From Sphingobacterium endophyticum (GTDB lineage Bacteria; Bacteroidota; Bacteroidia; Sphingobacteriales; Sphingobacteriaceae), in assembly GCA_040393725.1 (NCBI GenBank), contig JBEBTR010000002.1, positions 20,912 to 84,911 of the forward strand: 64,000 nucleotides of DNA. Direction: 5' to 3'. The position numbers and the translations under genes are program-made. Positions 19,543-28,399 of this stretch are shown one piece after another; the first letter of the stretch is position 1, and every line of letters starts with the position of its first letter. Below the pieces are notes generated by a model. The model was not told where the DNA came from. It saw only the letters and a list, made by a program, of their open reading frames with translations, and did no database searches.

Positions 19543-20469
19543 ATGAAACGTTCAGATTTTTTAAAAAATAGTTCCTTATTGGTTGGAGCTTCATTATTTT
19601 CAAATGGACTCTCGGCCAAAGATCAATCATCAAACCTTATGGACTCACAATCAGCTAATCAGCCTTTTAAATTAAACTATGCCCCGCATCAAGGGATGTT
19701 CAGCGCTTCTGCTGGAAAGAATTTTTTAGATGAAATTCAATACATGTATGACCTTGGCTTCAGAGGGATTGAAGATAATGGTATGCCGGGACGTTCTGCT
19801 GAAGAACAAAAGAAAATTGGCGATTTATTAGCTAAGCTCGGTATGACTATGGGAGTTTTTGTAGTTCCTAAGGGTGGAAACGGTGCAAATTCTTTAGCAG
19901 CAGGTAAACAAGAATTTGTGGATGTATTCCTTAAAGGTTGTAAAGAATCTGTTGAAATTGCTAAACGTTGTCATGCAAAAAATGTAACCGTTGTGCCTGG
20001 TGATTATGTAAGAAATTTACCTATTGGAGTACAAACTGCAAATGTTGTGGAAGGATTAAGGAGAGGTGCTGAAATCTTTGAACCTCATGCAATCACTATG
20101 GTCCTAGAACCACTAAGTGATACTCCTGATCTATTCTTGAGATTTACGGACCAAACCTATGAAATTTGTAAGGCAGTTAACAGTCCTTCATGTAAAATTC
20201 TTTATGATGTTTACCATCAACAAAAAAATGAAGGTAATTTAATTCCTTTGATGGATATGTGTTGGAGTGAAATTGGCTATATCCAAGTTGGAGATAACCC
20301 TGGAAGAAAGGAACCAACAACTGGAGAGATCAATTATAAAAACTTATTTAAGTGGTTGTATGAGAAGGGGTATAAAGGCATAGTTGGTATGGAGCACGGG
20401 ATGTCAAAATCTGGAAAAGAGGGCGAAGAAACCTTGGTTAAAGCTTACAGGGAGGTGGATTCATTCTAA
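19543..20469 (+). CDS. Hydroxypyruvate-isomerase/xylose-isomerase-like TIM-barrel protein with Tat-like signal
   Basis: MKRSDFLK; LEPL, LYDVYHQQ, GDNPGRKEPTTGEINY, GMEH. Confidence 0.88.
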   Translation: MKRSDFLKNSSLLVGASLFSNGLSAKDQSSNLMDSQSANQPFKLNYAPHQGMFSASAGKNFLDEIQYMYDLGFRGIEDNGMPGRSAEEQKKIGDLLAKLGMTMGVFVVPKGGNGANSLAAGKQEFVDVFLKGCKESVEIAKRCHAKNVTVVPGDYVRNLPIGVQTANVVEGLRRGAEIFEPHAITMVLEPLSDTPDLFLRFTDQTYEICKAVNSPSCKILYDVYHQQKNEGNLIPLMDMCWSEIGYIQVGDNPGRKEPTTGEINYKNLFKWLYEKGYKGIVGMEHGMSKSGKEGEETLVKAYREVDSF

Positions 20470-20565
20470 TGCTAAAGGGATTTAGTAATGAAACAAATTC
20501 GTTATTAAATTTTGATATTAGCATATTATCTCTATCTTTAAAATGACAAGATTTTTATAAAACCT

Positions 20566-21822
20566 GTGAGAATGTCTTCATCTATTAAATTTAAACTATC
20601 TTTTATGATGTTCCTCGAATTCTTTATTTGGGGAGCTTGGTTCGTGACGCTCGGAACATTTTTAGGAAACAACTTAAAAGCGTCTGGCTTAGAGATTTCT
20701 AACGTATTCTCTACCCAATCATGGGGTGCAATTATTGCCCCATTTATTATCGGTATGATTGCAGACCGATATTTTAATGCAGAAAGGATCTTAGGTATCC
20801 TTCACTTGGTAGGTGCATTTTTAATGTATCAATTATACCAAAGTGAAACGATTTCAAGTTTCTTCCCATATGTTCTTGGCTATATGATTCTGTATATGCC
20901 AACCTTATCATTAGTTAATTCCGTTTCGTTTAGACAAATGAAAAACCCTGAGAAGGAGTTTTCATTTATTCGTATTTGGGGTACTATAGGTTGGATTGTT
21001 GCTGGATTGTCAATCAGTTATTTATTTAAGTGGGATAATGCACAGGGACTACAAGATGGTTTATTGAGAAATACATTCATGATGGCCTCAATAGCATCTT
21101 TAATTATGGGGTTATTTTCTTTTGTTCTTCCTAAAACTCCACCTGTGAAGGCTGGCAATACCGGAGAAAAAGAAAGTATCTCGAAAATATTAGGATTAGA
21201 TGCAGTTAAATTATTAAAGGACCGTAATTTCCTTGTCTTTTTTATCTGTTCTATCTTAATCTGTATTCCATTGGCATTTTATTATCAGTACGCCAACCCA
21301 TTCTTAACTGAAATTGGATTAGCGAATGCAACTGGTAAAATGACCATAGGGCAAATTTCTGAGGCATTATGTTTATTATTATTGCCAGTGTTTTTCACAA
21401 GGTTTGGATTCAAAAACACCATCCTTATCGGAATGTTGGCATGGGTAATACGTTATGGTTTATTTGCTTATGGAAATGCTGGGGAACAAACCTTTATGTT
21501 GTTAATTGGTATCGCATTACATGGTATTTGTTATGATTTCTTTTTTGTATCAGGTCAGATTTATACGGATTCAAAAGCAGGAAAAGATAATAAAAGTGCT
21601 GCTCAAGGGTTAATTACACTGGCTACCTATGGGGTAGGGCAGTTAATTGGATTCTGGGTTGCTGGATATGTGAGTGATATGTACGTAAGTATTAAGGATA
21701 CCGACTTATCATTATTCTGGAACAAATTATGGATTGTTCCTGCGGGCATTGCCTTTGTAGTAATGATTATTTTTGCATTGTTCTTTAAGAAAGAAACTAT
21801 TCAAACTCAAACTGAAAACTAA
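20566..21822 (+). CDS. NupG/XapB-like nucleoside:H+ symporter family MFS permease
   Basis: MMFLEFFIWGAW, YMPT, IRIWGTIGW, GQISE, LHGICYDFFFV. Confidence 0.9.
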   Translation: MRMSSSIKFKLSFMMFLEFFIWGAWFVTLGTFLGNNLKASGLEISNVFSTQSWGAIIAPFIIGMIADRYFNAERILGILHLVGAFLMYQLYQSETISSFFPYVLGYMILYMPTLSLVNSVSFRQMKNPEKEFSFIRIWGTIGWIVAGLSISYLFKWDNAQGLQDGLLRNTFMMASIASLIMGLFSFVLPKTPPVKAGNTGEKESISKILGLDAVKLLKDRNFLVFFICSILICIPLAFYYQYANPFLTEIGLANATGKMTIGQISEALCLLLLPVFFTRFGFKNTILIGMLAWVIRYGLFAYGNAGEQTFMLLIGIALHGICYDFFFVSGQIYTDSKAGKDNKSAAQGLITLATYGVGQLIGFWVAGYVSDMYVSIKDTDLSLFWNKLWIVPAGIAFVVMIIFALFFKKETIQTQTEN

Positions 21823-21839
21823 TTAAAATTTAAAAGATA

Positions 21840-23525
21840 ATGGTAGACAATAATGTATATGATGCAATTGTTATCGGATCCGGAATCAGTGGTGGTTGGG
21901 CTGCCAAAGAACTAACTGAGAAGGGTTTGAAAACAATCATGTTGGAGCGTGGTCGCAATGTGGAGCACGTCAAAGATTATCATGCCAACAAAGACACTTG
22001 GGAATACGAACATAGGGGTGGTAGAACTGTTCAGATGGAGAAAGACTACCCGGTATTAAAACGTGATTACCCATTAAATGAGAAGAACCTTGATTTCTGG
22101 GTTAATGAAAAAGAAAGCCCTTATACAGAAACAAAGCGTTTTGACTGGTTTAGAGGCTATCATGTAGGAGGTCGTTCGTTAATGTGGGGACGTCAAAGTT
22201 ACCGCTTAGGAGACCTTGACTTCGAGGCTAACTTAAAAGATGGTCACGGAGTAGATTGGCCAATTCGTTATAAAGATATTGCTCCTTGGTACAGCTATGC
22301 TGAAAAATGGGCGGGTATTTCGGGTAATCGTGATGGATTGGATGTTCTTCCTGATGGAGACTTTCAGCCAGCGATGGAATTCAATGTCGTTGAAAAGGAT
22401 CTTGCCGAACGCTTAAAAAAGGAGTATGGTGGTAGCCGTCACTTTATTATGGGGCGTACTGCAAATATTACAAAACCTCATACAGGACGTATTAATTGTC
22501 AGTATCAAAACCAATGTTGGTTAGGATGTAATTTTGGGGGATATTTTAGCACCCAATCATCGACATTACCTCCAGCTATGAAAACGGGTAATTTAACTTT
22601 AAGACCATTTTCCATAGTAACTAAAATTATCTATGATAAGGACACTAAAAAAGCTAAGGGTGTTGAAATTGTAGATGCTGAAACTAATAAAACTTATGAA
22701 TTCTTCGCGAAAGTAATTTTCGTATGTGCTTCTGCATTTAATTCCACTTGGGTATTAATGAATTCAGCTACCGATGTATGGGAAGGCGGTTTGGGAAGTA
22801 GTAGTGGTGAATTAGGTCACAATGCTATGGATCACCATTTCCGTTTAGGAGCTGGCGGTCGAGTAGAAGGCTATGAAGATAAGTATTTCTTTGGAAGACG
22901 TCCAACAGGGTTATATGTGCCTCGTTTTGTAAACATTGCAAGTGATACGAAGAAACGCGATTATGTACGTGGATTTGGTTACCAAGGTTCTGGAAGCCGT
23001 GGACGCTGGTCTGGTGAGATTGCAGAAATGCAGGTAGGTGGTGCTTGGAAAGATGCTATGTGTGAACCAGGTAACTGGGGAGTAGGCTTTACAGCATTTG
23101 GTGAAATCCTTCCATACCATGAAAATAAAATTTCCTTAAATAAAAATGTTAAAGATAAATGGGGGCTTCCTGTTTTGGATATGGACATGGAAATTAAGGA
23201 TAATGAGCAAAAAATGCGTAAGGATATGACCGAGGAGATGAAGGAAATGCTTGAGAAAATCGGTGTTAAGGATGTAAATACGTATGATAGTGGTTATAAT
23301 TTCGGTATGGGTATCCACGAAATGGGAACTGCTAGAATGGGTAGGGATCCTAAAACTTCAGTTTTGAATGGCAACAATCAGGTTTGGGATGCATTAAACG
23401 TATTCGTAACGGACGGTGCGGCTATGACTTCTGCTGGATGTGTAAATCCTTCATTAACCTATATGGCTTTGACAGCGAGGGCTGTTGACTATGCAGTAAG
23501 TGAACTTAAAAAAGGAAATTTATAA
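21840..23525 (+). CDS. GMC oxidoreductase, probable glucoside 3-dehydrogenase catalytic subunit
   Basis: IGSGISGGWAAKELTEKG; GGRSLMWGRQSYR; DWPIRY; C..Q..C..GC Fe-S motif; HEMGTARMG; NPSLTYMALTAR. Confidence 0.92.
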   Translation: MVDNNVYDAIVIGSGISGGWAAKELTEKGLKTIMLERGRNVEHVKDYHANKDTWEYEHRGGRTVQMEKDYPVLKRDYPLNEKNLDFWVNEKESPYTETKRFDWFRGYHVGGRSLMWGRQSYRLGDLDFEANLKDGHGVDWPIRYKDIAPWYSYAEKWAGISGNRDGLDVLPDGDFQPAMEFNVVEKDLAERLKKEYGGSRHFIMGRTANITKPHTGRINCQYQNQCWLGCNFGGYFSTQSSTLPPAMKTGNLTLRPFSIVTKIIYDKDTKKAKGVEIVDAETNKTYEFFAKVIFVCASAFNSTWVLMNSATDVWEGGLGSSSGELGHNAMDHHFRLGAGGRVEGYEDKYFFGRRPTGLYVPRFVNIASDTKKRDYVRGFGYQGSGSRGRWSGEIAEMQVGGAWKDAMCEPGNWGVGFTAFGEILPYHENKISLNKNVKDKWGLPVLDMDMEIKDNEQKMRKDMTEEMKEMLEKIGVKDVNTYDSGYNFGMGIHEMGTARMGRDPKTSVLNGNNQVWDALNVFVTDGAAMTSAGCVNPSLTYMALTARAVDYAVSELKKGNL

Positions 23526-23543
23526 TTGACTAAACCCAATATT

Positions 23544-24968
23544 ATGAGTAAGAATAATTCAAGAAGAGATTTCATTAAAAATTCAACAATAGCAGCTGCT
23601 GGAATTAGCATCGTACCTAGACATGTCTTAGGCGGAACTGGTTTTACAGCTCCTAGTGATAAATTAGTTGTTGCAGGCATCGGAGTCGGCGGTAAAGGAG
23701 AAAGTGATATTAAATCTTTCCACGATAGTGGAAAAGCGGATATTGCTTTCTTATGTGATGTTGACGACCGTAGAGCGGCGAATTCAGTAAAGCGTTTCCC
23801 TAAAGCGAAATATTATAAAGATTACCGTGAGATGTTGGACAAAGAGCATAAAAATATTGATGCTGTTTCTGTCTCTACGCCTGACCACAATCATGCTATT
23901 CAAGCTTTGGCTGCCATGCAGTTAGGTAAACACGTATATGTTCAAAAACCATTAGCTCACGATGTTTGGGAAGCTAGAGTTTTGACAGATGCTGCTAAAA
24001 AATATAAAGTTGTTACTCAAATGGGTAACCAGGGTGCATCTAATGATGGTCCAAGACAGGCTCGTGAATGGTACGAAGCTGGCTTAATCGGAAATGTTCA
24101 TACTGTTTACTGTTGGACTGACCGTCCAGTATGGCCACAAGGTATTGCTTGGCCAGCTCAAAAAGCAAATGTTCCAGCAGAATTAAACTGGGACCTTTGG
24201 TTAGGTACTGCTCCTCAAAAAGATTTTGTAGATAAGTTAGTGCCATTTAACTGGAGAGGTTGGTGGGATTATGGAACAGGCGCACTTGGCGATATGGGAT
24301 GTCACTTATTGGAAGTACCTTTCTCGGTATTAGGCTTATCATATGTTCAGGATGTTCAAGCATCTGTAGGGTCAGTATATGTGGATGAATTCAAACGTGG
24401 GTATTTCCCAGAAAGTTGTCCTCCATCAAGTCATGCTACTATGACCTTTCCAAAAGCAAAGAGAACAACGGGTCCTGTTACCCTTCACTGGATGGATGGT
24501 GGTATTCAACCTGCACGTCCTGAAGAATTAGGTCCTAATGAAGTTTTTGGTGATGGTGGTAATGGTATTCTATTAATCGGTGATAAAGGTAAAATCCTTG
24601 CTGATACCTATGGTGAAAATGCTCGTTTACTTCCTACTTCAAGGAAAGAAAATGTAGCTTTGAAATATGAGCGCGTTAAGGGCGGTGCAGGTGGTCACTA
24701 TGCACAATGGGTTGAAGCTTGTATCGCTGGATATGGTAAAAAAGAAGTAAGTGCACCATTCGAGATTTCTGGACCTTTAACAGAAGCTCTATTAATGGCA
24801 AACTTAGCAATCCGTGGTGCAGATTTACGCGTTGACGGAGGATATCCTGGACGAAGTTTAAAGCTACTATGGGATAACCAAAATATGAAGGTTACTAACT
24901 TTGATATCGTTAATCAATTCGTTAAACGTAATTATCGTCAAGGTTGGGATATTAAATACACAATCTAA
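23544..24968 (+). CDS. Gfo/Idh/MocA family oxidoreductase with Tat signal
   Basis: SRRDFIK...IVPRHVLGG; GVGGKG; TPDHNH; YVQKP; GDMGCH; ATG at 23544. Confidence 0.9.
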   Translation: MSKNNSRRDFIKNSTIAAAGISIVPRHVLGGTGFTAPSDKLVVAGIGVGGKGESDIKSFHDSGKADIAFLCDVDDRRAANSVKRFPKAKYYKDYREMLDKEHKNIDAVSVSTPDHNHAIQALAAMQLGKHVYVQKPLAHDVWEARVLTDAAKKYKVVTQMGNQGASNDGPRQAREWYEAGLIGNVHTVYCWTDRPVWPQGIAWPAQKANVPAELNWDLWLGTAPQKDFVDKLVPFNWRGWWDYGTGALGDMGCHLLEVPFSVLGLSYVQDVQASVGSVYVDEFKRGYFPESCPPSSHATMTFPKAKRTTGPVTLHWMDGGIQPARPEELGPNEVFGDGGNGILLIGDKGKILADTYGENARLLPTSRKENVALKYERVKGGAGGHYAQWVEACIAGYGKKEVSAPFEISGPLTEALLMANLAIRGADLRVDGGYPGRSLKLLWDNQNMKVTNFDIVNQFVKRNYRQGWDIKYTI

Positions 24969-24978
24969 TTTTAAGACA

Positions 24979-25548
24979 ATGAATAGAAGAGAGGCATTAA
25001 AAAACGTTGCATTCATTGTAGGAGGTACAGTAATTGGCGCGAACTTGTTTTTACAAGGCTGTACTCGACCTGCTTCAAAGGAAGTTGCATCTTTATTCGA
25101 GGGCGATACTCCTGATTTCTTAGGAGAGTTGGCCGAAGCTATTCTTCCGAAAACTGAAACACCAGGTGCCAAAGAAGCTGGAGTAGGTCAGTTTATTCCT
25201 GTAATGATCCGTGATTGTTATGAGGAAAAAGACCAAAAAGCTTTCTTGGAAGGTCTTAACGGTGTAGATGATCGTGCTAAAAAAGAATTCAAAAAAGGAT
25301 TCGCCGAACTTTCTGCAGAAGAGAAGTTACAATTTGTGAATAATTACGATAAAGAAGCTAAGGAATACCAAAGCAATAAAAAAGAAGAAGATTCAAATCA
25401 CTTCTTTACAATGCTTAAGCAGTTAACATTAACTGGCTTCTTTACTTCTGAAGTTGGAATGAAACAAGCGCTTCGCTATGTGAAGATTCCAGGGAAATTC
25501 GATGGTAATTATCCTTACAAAAAAGGAGAAAAAGCTTGGGCAATCTAA
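24979..25548 (+). CDS. Gluconate 2-dehydrogenase subunit 3 family (Tat small subunit for the GMC enzyme)
   Basis: MNRREALK Tat; LQGC lipobox; ILPKTETPGAKEAGV; LTLTGFFTSEVG; ATG at 24979. Confidence 0.88.
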   Translation: MNRREALKNVAFIVGGTVIGANLFLQGCTRPASKEVASLFEGDTPDFLGELAEAILPKTETPGAKEAGVGQFIPVMIRDCYEEKDQKAFLEGLNGVDDRAKKEFKKGFAELSAEEKLQFVNNYDKEAKEYQSNKKEEDSNHFFTMLKQLTLTGFFTSEVGMKQALRYVKIPGKFDGNYPYKKGEKAWAI

Positions 25549-25562
25549 GCCTGAAGTAAAAT

Positions 25563-25594
25563 AAAAAATCCCCAAAACATTGGGGATTTTTTTT
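25563..25594. terminator. Bidirectional intrinsic terminator
   Basis: AAAAAATCCCCAA-aaca-TTGGGGATTTTTTTT between convergent genes. Confidence 0.85.
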
Positions 25595-26300
25595 ATTTCG
25601 ACACTCGCATTAGAAAATGTATCCTACCATCTTTTTGAATACAAAATGTTCTATCCTCAAATTCTAGAATTGAAATTTCATCGCCATAATTTAGTTCCTT
25701 TAAAAAATTCATTTCTAACATTTTAATTGAACCTTTCAAAATTGATTTGGGATCCATTGCATCAAAACACCATTCCATGTATTTAACATTGTTAGCATGG
25801 TTGACAATGTCTAAATCAGACAACTTGACTTTATAATTACTCAATAAACTGAAATCAACATTTCCTTCCACCTTTTCAACTGAATGTTTCGTTGATATTT
25901 TATCCCTGTAAAACTCCATATGATCGGTGCTCAATGCAAATATATCTGCTCTTCGAGTTTTAATATTGAATACAACCCATAGACTACTTGCGGAAATAAT
26001 GACCTCGTCCTTATATATGACTTCGAAATTACGGATGGATCTACTTCCTGTGAAATCTTGAATCCAGGTTTTAACCTTGATGGTTGAAGTATATTTGGGT
26101 AACTGATCAATCTCCATCAACATTCGGCTTAGAACCCATGATTGCCTGACGTCAAACATAGCTTGATAACCAAAGCCTAATATTTCTGCATGTTCGCTTG
26201 CTGTAATTTGAAGAATGTTATTAAGTTCACTATATTTTAATTGTCCATTCGGATAACATTGCGTGAAATTCAATGTCCATTCCTTTTCGTATATGCCCAT
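25593..26300 (-). CDS. Acyl-ACP thioesterase (FatA/FatB-like)
   Basis: WVLSRM, TW, RNF, SDLDIVNHANNVKYMEW. Confidence 0.9.
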   Translation of the reverse strand: MGIYEKEWTLNFTQCYPNGQLKYSELNNILQITASEHAEILGFGYQAMFDVRQSWVLSRMLMEIDQLPKYTSTIKVKTWIQDFTGSRSIRNFEVIYKDEVIISASSLWVVFNIKTRRADIFALSTDHMEFYRDKISTKHSVEKVEGNVDFSLLSNYKVKLSDLDIVNHANNVKYMEWCFDAMDPKSILKGSIKMLEMNFLKELNYGDEISILEFEDRTFCIQKDGRIHFLMRVSK

Positions 26301-26422
26301 TTATGTATTTCTGAATATAACGCAAATGTAACTAATTTAATATTCTGCCTTAAAATCTTGCTGAAATATATATTAATGTCTAAATTGACGTTAACCTTAT
26401 AAACCTCTTAATTGATTGACGA

Positions 26423-26689
26423 ATGACAGGAACATTAATTGAAAAAGAAGACGTAGATAAATTCAGATTTATCCCCGCCGAAATAGACAAAACCTCCCAA
26501 TTTTCTAACAAACTACAAGGTGCAGTTCGTTTGGGTAATGAATTTAAATCGAAGACTACTATTGTTTTCAATACGGAAGATGGTCCAAAACGTATTGAAA
26601 CTACGGTATGGTCTCTAACTGATAAGTATATTCAGATTAAACATGGAATTTTAATTCCTTTAAAATCATTAATAGAAATAGAATATTAA
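26423..26689 (+). CDS. Small hypothetical protein
   Basis: 88-aa ORF with A..LGN..K.K.TI.F and IETTVW...IPL..L pattern that I recall from Bacteroidota hypotheticals. Confidence 0.75.
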   Translation: MTGTLIEKEDVDKFRFIPAEIDKTSQFSNKLQGAVRLGNEFKSKTTIVFNTEDGPKRIETTVWSLTDKYIQIKHGILIPLKSLIEIEY

Positions 26690-26695
26690 AATAGT

Positions 26696-26717
26696 TTCCA
26701 GCGCTTAAGCGCTGGAA
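26696..26717. terminator. Palindrome/terminator between convergent genes
   Basis: Perfect 22-bp palindrome TTCCAGCGCTTAAGCGCTGGAA. Confidence 0.6.
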
Positions 26718-26739
26718 TGATTTTTACCTTGAGTCTACA

Positions 26740-27888
26740 TTAGGGATTAAAGATCAGCATCAAGAAAACTGCAAATAATACCAGATGCATAATTCCAACT
26801 ATAGGGACCGTTCGTTTTCCCGAAAAAGACAGCATACTCAAAATCAATGTAATTATAAATAGGATTGTTTCCGTAGGGGTTAATCCAAATAATACGGTTT
26901 TATTTGCAACTAAACCAATAATCAAGACTGCGGGTACTGTTAACCCTACAGTCGACACAAAAGCACCATGACATAAGTTAATAGTTCGCTGAAATTCGTT
27001 GTTAATAGCGGCTTTAATTGCGGTCATAGATTCCGGAGTAAATACAATGATTGCAATAAGTACTCCTCCTAAAAATGGTGGCAAGCTCATTTCTTTAATT
27101 CCTAAATCTACAAGAACTGCCAAATTATGAGATAAAAGTACAATGGGTAGTATTGTTGCTAACAAAACAATGCTCCGTAAAATTATCTCTTTACTTTTTA
27201 TTTGAGGTTCTTTTTGATGATCGGAATTAATTAGCTCTAGCGCACTTTCGAATTTAATTTCCATTTTACCGATTTCAGGCTGAATATAGAGATGCCTATA
27301 AGTTTTTACCTGAAAAAATAAGAACATAGCATATAGAACAATAATTAATCCTGAAATAAGGACCGCTTGGGTAGGGCTGAATTCTCCGTTACCATTTCCT
27401 TCGATAAAATTTGGTAACATCATCGACAATCCCCCTAACATTATTATCATCGATAAATAGGTCAAAGTTCCTTGTGCATTATATTCTTGTTCACGATTTT
27501 TTAAACCTCCAGCAAGAATACATAAACCAAGCACCAGGTTCATAATGATCATCATGACAGAAAATATGGAATCCTTTCCAATAGTTGGGTTTTCATCAGG
27601 TCCGAGCATCATTGCCGTTATTAAAATAACCTCTATAGAGACAATTGATAAGGTTAATATTAATGTACCATAAGGTTCACCTAGTTTATGGGCAAGTACG
27701 TCCGCTTCCTTAACCACTCCAAATGCTGCAATAATAATCGTTATGAGTACCAAAATAAATATTACAGTAGCCGCTAAATTATTGCTATAATATGATTCGA
27801 TACGGTTTCCAAAAAACAAAAACAGAACCACGATTAACCAAACTAGTCCTAATCGAATAATTGTATTTTTTGTTAAAATGTTTTTCAT
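26740..27888 (-). CDS. Ca2+(Na+)/H+ antiporter, ChaA/CaCA family
   Basis: LAHKLGEPYGTLILTLSIVSIEV alpha-1 and PES...GLTVPAV alpha-2 repeats. Confidence 0.88.
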   Translation of the reverse strand: MKNILTKNTIIRLGLVWLIVVLFLFFGNRIESYYSNNLAATVIFILVLITIIIAAFGVVKEADVLAHKLGEPYGTLILTLSIVSIEVILITAMMLGPDENPTIGKDSIFSVMMIIMNLVLGLCILAGGLKNREQEYNAQGTLTYLSMIIMLGGLSMMLPNFIEGNGNGEFSPTQAVLISGLIIVLYAMFLFFQVKTYRHLYIQPEIGKMEIKFESALELINSDHQKEPQIKSKEIILRSIVLLATILPIVLLSHNLAVLVDLGIKEMSLPPFLGGVLIAIIVFTPESMTAIKAAINNEFQRTINLCHGAFVSTVGLTVPAVLIIGLVANKTVLFGLTPTETILFIITLILSMLSFSGKRTVPIVGIMHLVLFAVFLMLIFNP

Positions 27889-28091
27889 CTATTTTCCTTA
27901 ATCAAATGTGTAATTCATTGAACATTTTTTTGACACTGCAAAAATCCGCAATTAGTATAGAATAATTTTTTACATATGTTAAAAAGAACCTACTGACAAA
28001 CCCTTGTCTTTTATTGTTATATTTTTGAAATATTTCAGACTCATCTGTTAAATGAGGTAGGTTTAGTTTTATAAAAATTTAAAAAAGAAAT

Positions 28092-28379
28092 ATGTTCGCA
28101 GTTAAAGTAGAATACCAGGTAAACGAGGATTATGAAATCCAGAATAAAAAAAGAATTTCGGAGTTCCTAGCTGAATTTAAAAATCTTGACCAGGGCAGAT
28201 TTAGATATTCGGTATTTCAGGACAGGGATAGCCATACATTTGTTCATTTATCTGAGTATCAAGATGATGAAATTCAGAAACAGTTGTTAACTAATTCAGT
28301 ATTTTTAAAATTTCAAAAGGAGAGGGATAAAAATTTAAAAGTTATGCCAATAATAACCTGGTTAAATTGTTTACCTTAG
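28092..28379 (+). CDS. Small ABM-like (dimeric alpha/beta barrel) hypothetical protein
   Basis: VKVEYQV...YSVF..D..TFVHLS...FLKFQ pattern. Confidence 0.55.
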   Translation: MFAVKVEYQVNEDYEIQNKKRISEFLAEFKNLDQGRFRYSVFQDRDSHTFVHLSEYQDDEIQKQLLTNSVFLKFQKERDKNLKVMPIITWLNCLP

Positions 28380-28399
28380 TTTACAAAATCATACTAACA

